A stretch of DNA of 64,000 nt from Myxococcota bacterium (GTDB lineage Bacteria; Myxococcota_A; UBA796; CAJQPC01), in assembly GCA_036012755.1 (NCBI GenBank), contig DASCPX010000193.1, positions 32,001 to 96,000 of the forward strand, read 5' to 3'. Positions 58,063 through 64,000 of the stretch are shown here, one piece after another. The translations under genes were made by a program, and so were the position numbers. Under the pieces are notes generated by a model. It worked only from the letters and a program-made list of their open reading frames with translations, was not told the origin of the DNA and did no database searches. The number at the start of each line of letters is the position of its first letter. The stretch's first letter is position 1.

Positions 58063-60299
58063 GGACCGCTCCACCTCGCAGCACCGCTGGCGACGAGGAT
58101 CTCGTCGATCTCGGCCAGACCTCGCAGGTTGGCGTCCGGCTCGCCTGCCAGCTCTCGCAAGGTCGGGTCCGGATGGGTCACGTCGTAGATATGGATGTAC
58201 CAGGTCTTGTCGGCCTGCGGATCCGAGCTGCGCACGAGCCGCGACAGGTAGCGGTTCAAGAGCGTCCAGTCGTTGTCGACCAGCTCGACCCCCCAGCGCT
58301 GGCTCTCCCGCCAGGCGCCGCCGTATGCCATGGGGTCGATCGCGTTGACGAGCCAGGTGGTGCCTGGCAGGTACAGCATGCCGGAGCTCCCCCCTTCGTG
58401 CCAGGTCTGCACGTCCTCGCCGAGCTCGAAGACCTCCAGGCGATCCCGGATGTCGACCGGGAACTGCTCCTTCTTGCGGAAGCCGTTGTCCCCCACCTCC
58501 GGGATGCCCCCAGCCAGCGCGAAGTAGTGGAGCTCGAAGCCGCCCGCGTCTCGAATCGCCGAGACCCAGCTGGCGTCCTCCCAGGCCATCGTGAGCCCGT
58601 CAGCGGAGTTCCCCGCACAGATCTCGGGCTCGACGGGCAGCTCGAAGTCCCGCAGCGACTGCTGGAAGAGCTCGTACTCGGCCTGGCTGTCGATGGGAAG
58701 AGCGATGCCCTCGACCCGATCCGCGAAGCGGGCCTCGAAGCCCTCTGGATGATCGTGTGGAGTGTGAGTCCAGTGCGCCAGCTCGAGGCCCCGGTCCACC
58801 GCGCTCTGCAAGGCGCCGTCGAGGTCCTCGCCTACCCCCGGGAGGCCGGACTGCGCACAGAGCTCCGCCTGCAACAGGACGCTCGGGTTCACCCCGAGCA
58901 GCGTCGGCCGATCCAACTCGACGAGGTAGTCGAGGTTGGGCCCGAGCCGCTCCGAGATGGACCAGGACAAGGCGCAACATCCACGCTCTCGGTCGTCGTC
59001 GAAGGCCTCGATGCAGTCCGACTCGCCGAGGGTCCAGTCCGTATCGATCCGACCGTCGACCGGTGACTCCAGCACCGGAGCCAGGAACAGCTCTACCGGG
59101 TTCGCGGCGATGCGCTCCAAGGCCTCGACCGGGTAGCCCGCCCACAACAGCGCCGGGTGCTCGCCGTCCTCGCAGTACTCGGCCCAGTCTCCGGAGCAGC
59201 CCGCCGAGCCAGCCGGAAAGGCCAGGACCAGGTCGTGGGGTGCGACGTCGAGGACAGCCGCGATCGGTGTCGTGGGGAAGCTCGTTCCAGTAGCGGCCAG
59301 GCCCTCTGGACCGGCCAGGTAGACCGACTCGCCACAGATCACCCAGGCCACGTGCAGCCCATCGAGGACATCTGCGACGATGAAGTCGATCTCCTCGGTG
59401 AGCTCGAAGACGGCGCCGTCAGTGCCGTCGGTCCAGGCGAGCACGTCCGAGGCAGTCCAGACCACCTCGCCATCGGTCGCCACCAGGGCGGGGGCTCCGC
59501 TCACCTCCATCACAGCGCCGCCCACCAGGTGAGCCTCGCCGTCCGCGACGAGCACGTCCCGCCCAAGGACATCGGGCACGGGCACCTCGCCACGCTCGCT
59601 TGCCTTCGGCGTCGCCGAGTCCAGGCCCTCGATGCCCCAGATCCGCCCGGTCTGCGGATCCAGCAGGCGCGAGCCCCAAGGCACCACACCGGCGGGCAGA
59701 TCCCCTTCGACCGGCCGGGGCAGGCTGAGGAAGTCATAGCTGCCCGTGTCACCAGCGGCGTCCTCCACTCCGGCGTCGAGGACCCAGGCAGCGCCCACGC
59801 CATCGGTCTCGCCGACGAGCACCACGACTCGAGCCTCTTCGTGGAAGAGCCCCGCCCGGACCCCGGGCATGCCCTCGGCGAAGCCCCCGTGGTGGAACCT
59901 CCAGCCTTCGGGGACCGTGCCGTCGCGCTGGAGCTCGCTGCCGTCGCAGTCACCACTCTGGCCTGCGGCGTAGGGAAGGACACCGAGACACTCGGCCTCC
60001 GTGTCCCAGTTGGTGGCGCCCTGGAACTGGTCCGTGACCCACAGACCCCAGTCGGGGAAGGTGTAGAAGGGCGTCCGCCGCCATGCCCGTCCGGCCTCCG
60101 GGTCCAGGAGCAGCACGTCACCGCTTCGATCCACCGTGACGAGCTCCCCTTGGGTCTGTGTCGACTCCCCCAGCCCGGTCGCCGGCCGCATGACGATGGC
60201 CGCGGTCCCGATCTCGCGGAGGGTGAGCACCGCTGGCGGCACAGGGCGGGTCGGCGGGCCGGTGTCCGAGCCGCCGCAGGCCAACAGACCGATGATCAC
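58059..60299 (-). CDS. Large hypothetical lipoprotein (propeller-like N-half, possible His-metal alpha/beta C-half)
   Basis: MIIGLLAC; ATGA overlap; ELAHWTH and YIHIYD motifs. Confidence 0.7.
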   Translation of the reverse strand: MIIGLLACGGSDTGPPTRPVPPAVLTLREIGTAAIVMRPATGLGESTQTQGELVTVDRSGDVLLLDPEAGRAWRRTPFYTFPDWGLWVTDQFQGATNWDTEAECLGVLPYAAGQSGDCDGSELQRDGTVPEGWRFHHGGFAEGMPGVRAGLFHEEARVVVLVGETDGVGAAWVLDAGVEDAAGDTGSYDFLSLPRPVEGDLPAGVVPWGSRLLDPQTGRIWGIEGLDSATPKASERGEVPVPDVLGRDVLVADGEAHLVGGAVMEVSGAPALVATDGEVVWTASDVLAWTDGTDGAVFELTEEIDFIVADVLDGLHVAWVICGESVYLAGPEGLAATGTSFPTTPIAAVLDVAPHDLVLAFPAGSAGCSGDWAEYCEDGEHPALLWAGYPVEALERIAANPVELFLAPVLESPVDGRIDTDWTLGESDCIEAFDDDRERGCCALSWSISERLGPNLDYLVELDRPTLLGVNPSVLLQAELCAQSGLPGVGEDLDGALQSAVDRGLELAHWTHTPHDHPEGFEARFADRVEGIALPIDSQAEYELFQQSLRDFELPVEPEICAGNSADGLTMAWEDASWVSAIRDAGGFELHYFALAGGIPEVGDNGFRKKEQFPVDIRDRLEVFELGEDVQTWHEGGSSGMLYLPGTTWLVNAIDPMAYGGAWRESQRWGVELVDNDWTLLNRYLSRLVRSSDPQADKTWYIHIYDVTHPDPTLRELAGEPDANLRGLAEIDEILVASGAARWSGP

Positions 60300-62320
60300 G
60301 GCGACCAGATCGACCAGCTCCGATCCCCACTGGAGACAGTGGCGAAGACGCCGTCACTCCCGACCGAGATGGTCCGCAGCCAGGCCGCGCCAGTGTCGGT
60401 GCAGGTCGGCTCCTGGGCGGCGGTGTCGCGGCTGCAGACCTCGACGGTGTCGCTGGAGAGCCGGGCCCACCAGAAGGCGCCGTCATGGAAGACCGGAGAG
60501 ACGTGGACGAGCACCGTCCCCGAGCTGTCGAGCCGCTCCGCCTCGGTCCAGGTCTCCCCGGCGTCCGAGCTCGACTTCTGCATGACGGTGTTGCCGAACT
60601 CCTCGCGAGACAAGAGGTAGACGAGGTGCACCTCGTCCTCGACCAGCCCGAGCGACGGGCGCTCCATGCGGCCCTCGCCCTGGGTGTCGAGGACCTTGTT
60701 CCAGATGGGGTTCTCGTCAGGATTCCAGACCACCTTGAAGGTCTTGATGTGTCGGGTCGAGCGGTCCGTGGTGCCCGCGTCCGCGGAGGCGAAGGCGACC
60801 CAGGCGAAGTCGTCGCCCAGGGCCAGCGTGGGGTGGGTGGCGAGGCTGAAGTCGTTGGTCCCGGAGCCCATGCCCTCCCAACCGGAGTCCTCGGACCAGC
60901 GCACGATACGGATGGCCTTCGTCGCGTCATCCGGCCTGGCGACGATGGAGTTCTTCGTGTCGGCGTAGACCGCCCACAGTCTCTCCTGGTCGTCGGCCTG
61001 CAGCGTCGGAGACCACCAGGGGCTCACCTCCGGCTCGTCTGCGAAGCCGATCTGGGTCCAGCCCTCGCCCGAGTCTCGGAGACACTTCGGGACCCAGGGC
61101 ATCGCCTCGTCGTCGTCCAGGGAGAGCTGGCGCCAGCAGAGGTGGTCCACGTCTCCGGCGGAGATCGCGCGGGGAGCCTCGGCCCAGCCGGAGCTCAGGA
61201 TCTCGCCGTCGGCTTCGACGCGCGGCCGACCGTCGACGTAGGTGGAGACGAGCTCGATGCCGCCAGCATGAGCGACCTCCAGCGGCCCCTCGGCGCCGTC
61301 GCCGGAGAGGCTTCGACCCGTGGAGTGGGGCATCTCGACGCCGACCATCTCAGCGACGGTCTGTGTCAGATCATGCAGCGTGACGGTGTCGGTCAGCGTG
61401 ACGCCCTTGTCGACGCCAGGGCCGACGAGGAACATCGGGATCTCGCGGCAGCCAGCGCAGGAGTCACCGTGCTGACGCCAGTCCTCCTCCGCGCCGAAAC
61501 GGTGTCGCCCGTGGTCGCTCACCAGGACCAGCGCCGTGGTCCCGGCGTAGGGTTCGTTGTCCTGGAGCCAGTCCCAGAGCTCGGCGATGGGCCCATCCAC
61601 GGTCTTGATGGACTGTGGGTAGGCCTGTGGGGGCCCATAGTGCCCCGTCCGGTCGATGTTCTTGAGGTTCCAGACCACCAGCTTGCCCTCGTTGTTCGCG
61701 AGGTGGTCCTGGAGCGCCTCCAGCGTGGGCAGGTCGTCCGCCAGGGGCATCTCCGGGTTGTCCGGATCCGGGATGAAGGTGTAGTCGGCCCCGTGGTCCT
61801 CGCCGAAGCGGGGGTGCAGCGACCACGTGAGGCCCATCATCAAGGCGGCGTTGGCGCCGAAGTGGACCTCTTGATCCGAAGAGCCGTGCTTCGCCCGAAC
61901 AGCCTCGAACAGCGTCGGGAACTCCGGTCGGTAGAGCCCCGGATCCCGCGTCGAGGCGTCGACGCCGTAGTTCCCGTAGGGCGTGTTCGTCCCGATCAGC
62001 AGGTCGCAGTGACCCGGGCCGGTGGTCGTGATCCCGGTGGAGATGCCGGGAAGGACCAGGGTCCCCCGCGAAAACAGCCGGTCGCGGACCTCTGGCATGA
62101 AGTCCTCTGTGGACTCGCCGGTGGTGTTCGACGTCGTGCCGCTGCCAAAGGACTCCTCCAGCCTCGCGCCGTCCATGACGACCACCACGACGTGCTCGAG
62201 GTCCCCGGTCAGCTCGTCGCTGTCGTCGAGCACGACGACGCCAGTCTCGGTCCGGCTCTCGTCTTCGACGACCGGCTCGCTGTCCGCCGCGGGCCGACAG
62301 GCAAGGAGTGCGAGCAGCAT
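60296..62320 (-). CDS. Alkaline phosphatase superfamily lipoprotein with C-terminal propeller-like region
   Basis: MLLALLAC; VVMDGAR, TGPGH, DRTGH, VSDHGRH. Confidence 0.8.
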   Translation of the reverse strand: MLLALLACRPAADSEPVVEDESRTETGVVVLDDSDELTGDLEHVVVVVMDGARLEESFGSGTTSNTTGESTEDFMPEVRDRLFSRGTLVLPGISTGITTTGPGHCDLLIGTNTPYGNYGVDASTRDPGLYRPEFPTLFEAVRAKHGSSDQEVHFGANAALMMGLTWSLHPRFGEDHGADYTFIPDPDNPEMPLADDLPTLEALQDHLANNEGKLVVWNLKNIDRTGHYGPPQAYPQSIKTVDGPIAELWDWLQDNEPYAGTTALVLVSDHGRHRFGAEEDWRQHGDSCAGCREIPMFLVGPGVDKGVTLTDTVTLHDLTQTVAEMVGVEMPHSTGRSLSGDGAEGPLEVAHAGGIELVSTYVDGRPRVEADGEILSSGWAEAPRAISAGDVDHLCWRQLSLDDDEAMPWVPKCLRDSGEGWTQIGFADEPEVSPWWSPTLQADDQERLWAVYADTKNSIVARPDDATKAIRIVRWSEDSGWEGMGSGTNDFSLATHPTLALGDDFAWVAFASADAGTTDRSTRHIKTFKVVWNPDENPIWNKVLDTQGEGRMERPSLGLVEDEVHLVYLLSREEFGNTVMQKSSSDAGETWTEAERLDSSGTVLVHVSPVFHDGAFWWARLSSDTVEVCSRDTAAQEPTCTDTGAAWLRTISVGSDGVFATVSSGDRSWSIWSP

Positions 62321-63228
62321 CAGTTGGCCTCGAGCACGGTGAGGTAGGGCGGAGCCGGGTGCGTGCAGGTGCTGCAGCGCAGGGCGAGCACCCAGGTGCC
62401 GGCCCCGTCGATGCCCTCGAAGCCCTCCAGCTCTGACAGCATCAGGCTCGTGACGCCGTTGAGCTCGGCGTCGTAGAGGTCGTCTGCGACGAGCTCGAGA
62501 TCGAGGAACTGCTGCTCGAGATCCGCCGCCGAGAGCTCCGCATAGTGGCTGATCATGATCCGGTCGATCCCACCGTGATCGAAGTCGTTTTGGAGGCCAT
62601 CGACGGTGAGCCCGCTCCAGTCGACGCGGACCTCGTTCGTTCCGCTCGGGAAGCTCATCGAGCCGTCGATGGCGACGCTGAAGTCGAGCACGGTGTCCGT
62701 GTTCTCGATGGCGATCTCGGTCACGTCGCTCTCCGAGACCGGAGAGAGGAACTTCAGCATGCGCGAGCCGACCCCCGGGGTCGTCCCTGACTGGACGACG
62801 ACGAGCCAGCTGGCGATCTTGTCGGTCTCGAGGCGGAACTGGTTCTCGACGTCGATGTCGTTGCCGAGCAGCGTGAAGTCGGCGATCCCGGTCACCGTCG
62901 CGTCCCCGGGCTCGTTCAGGAAGAAGCCGGCGACGTCCGACTGCAACAGGGAGTTGTTGGACAGCGAGTCCATCACCTGTTCCTCGTCGAGGTAGCGAAA
63001 TGCCAACAGCGTCAGCATGTCGATGTCCTCGACCGGGTCGGTCTCGTGGAGCTGGAGGTCCGTGTCGAGTCCGGACCAGTCGAGCTGCACGTCGGCGTAG
63101 GACTGGACCTCGATGGTGGTGATGTCGAGGCCACCGTCGAAGAAGTAGTTGTCGTCGTCGGCCAGCGTCACGGGCTCGGGCTCGGAGCTGGAGCCGTTGC
63201 AGGCGAGGATTGGCAGGAGGAGGGTCAT
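62320..63228 (-). CDS. Hypothetical acidic lipoprotein
   Basis: MTLLLPILAC; ATGA overlap; internal repeat of DWSGL..D; terminal C..C..PAP. Confidence 0.75.
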   Translation of the reverse strand: MTLLLPILACNGSSSEPEPVTLADDDNYFFDGGLDITTIEVQSYADVQLDWSGLDTDLQLHETDPVEDIDMLTLLAFRYLDEEQVMDSLSNNSLLQSDVAGFFLNEPGDATVTGIADFTLLGNDIDVENQFRLETDKIASWLVVVQSGTTPGVGSRMLKFLSPVSESDVTEIAIENTDTVLDFSVAIDGSMSFPSGTNEVRVDWSGLTVDGLQNDFDHGGIDRIMISHYAELSAADLEQQFLDLELVADDLYDAELNGVTSLMLSELEGFEGIDGAGTWVLALRCSTCTHPAPPYLTVLEAN

Positions 63229-64000
63229 GGGAGGCTCGGGACCCACTCGGTGTAGCCGACCCCGGCGCCGATGTCGGTGTAGAGCTCCCAGAGCAGCTCG
63301 CCCTCGGGGCTGACCTGCTCGATGCGACCGGCTGTGGTCCAGCTCACCAGCGTCGTGTCGTCGATCCGCACGACCGATCCCAGGGCGTAGTTGTAGAGCG
63401 TCGGATCGGGCCGGTAGACCCAGACCTCCTCGGCCGTGCCGCCCTCCAGATCGATGGCGTACTCGACCACCCTGGAGTCCGCCTCCTCCGTGCTGCCGTT
63501 GTCGAAGACCAGCAGTCCCCCGTCGATGGCGTCGAACTGGTGCTGGTTCACGGGGTGGGCCTTCTCGCCCTCGATGGCGAGGTCCCCGAACTCGCCGAGG
63601 GCCCAGTCCAGCTGCCCGTCCGCGTCGATACAAGCGATGGTGTTGAGGTTCCGCATGGAGACGAGGAAGCCGCCGTCGTCCGGGTCCATCGCGTTGGCGT
63701 GGTGCCAGTACCTGCGGCGCTCCTCGTCCGCGTACTCCGCCTCGAAGGGGAAGGAGTCGAAGCCGTTCCAGAGCTCGGTGGTGTTCCCATCGCGGTCCAG
63801 CTGCAGCACGGAGTCGCCGAGGACCTCGCGCCCGTCCTCGACGATGGAGGTGAGGCCCTGGTAGGCGTAGACGCCGTCATCTATCTGGAAGAAGTCGTGG
63901 TGGTAGTCCGGGGCCTGGATGACGTTGGTCTCCGAGCCGTCCCAGCTGACCTCGATGAGCTCGTTGTGGCGATCCGTGGCCGTGGGGTCGTTGGTAGAGA
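63225..64000 (-). CDS. Aryl-sulfate sulfotransferase (ASST) family protein, 5' part outside the window
   Basis: YHHDF, HANA, VSMRN, WALG, QHQ..LLVFDNG, SRVVEY; frame appears open to the right edge. Confidence 0.85.
   Translation of the reverse strand, partial: STNDPTATDRHNELIEVSWDGSETNVIQAPDYHHDFFQIDDGVYAYQGLTSIVEDGREVLGDSVLQLDRDGNTTELWNGFDSFPFEAEYADEERRRYWHHANAMDPDDGGFLVSMRNLNTIACIDADGQLDWALGEFGDLAIEGEKAHPVNQHQFDAIDGGLLVFDNGSTEEADSRVVEYAIDLEGGTAEEVWVYRPDPTLYNYALGSVVRIDDTTLVSWTTAGRIEQVSPEGELLWELYTDIGAGVGYTEWVPSLP

Overview
High-GC (roughly 70% by eye), densely coding bacterial chromosome segment, most likely from a Myxococcota-like deltaproteobacterium. This is inferred from the Cys/Asp 'putative metal-binding' repeat lipoproteins, an AgmC-like domain, MYXO-CTERM-like tails, several Hanks-type kinases and sigma54 promoters. 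About 57 CDSs are supported, mostly envelope lipoproteins, hydrolases and signalling proteins. It also carries a 2-oxoacid:ferredoxin oxidoreductase pair, an archaeal-type XPB + DUF790 (Bax1) pair, a Helicase_C_3 (p52/Tfb2-like) protein, a TMEM43 homologue and an IorAB-like molybdoenzyme. I saw no rRNA, tRNA, CRISPR array or transposase. The strongest unexplained signals are: (1) a candidate ~165-nt multi-hairpin sRNA on the minus strand at ~8775-8943, with a perfect sigma54 promoter and upstream activator-like repeats; (2) window-wide very short lipoprotein signal peptides with no basic n-region (Cys at residue 7-10); (3) recurrent TANNNT -10 boxes 6-7 nt before start codons (leaderless genes), often reusing the upstream TAG stop; (4) an in-frame amber codon splitting an otherwise intact hydrolase. 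All family calls come from motif recognition by eye; no searches were run.
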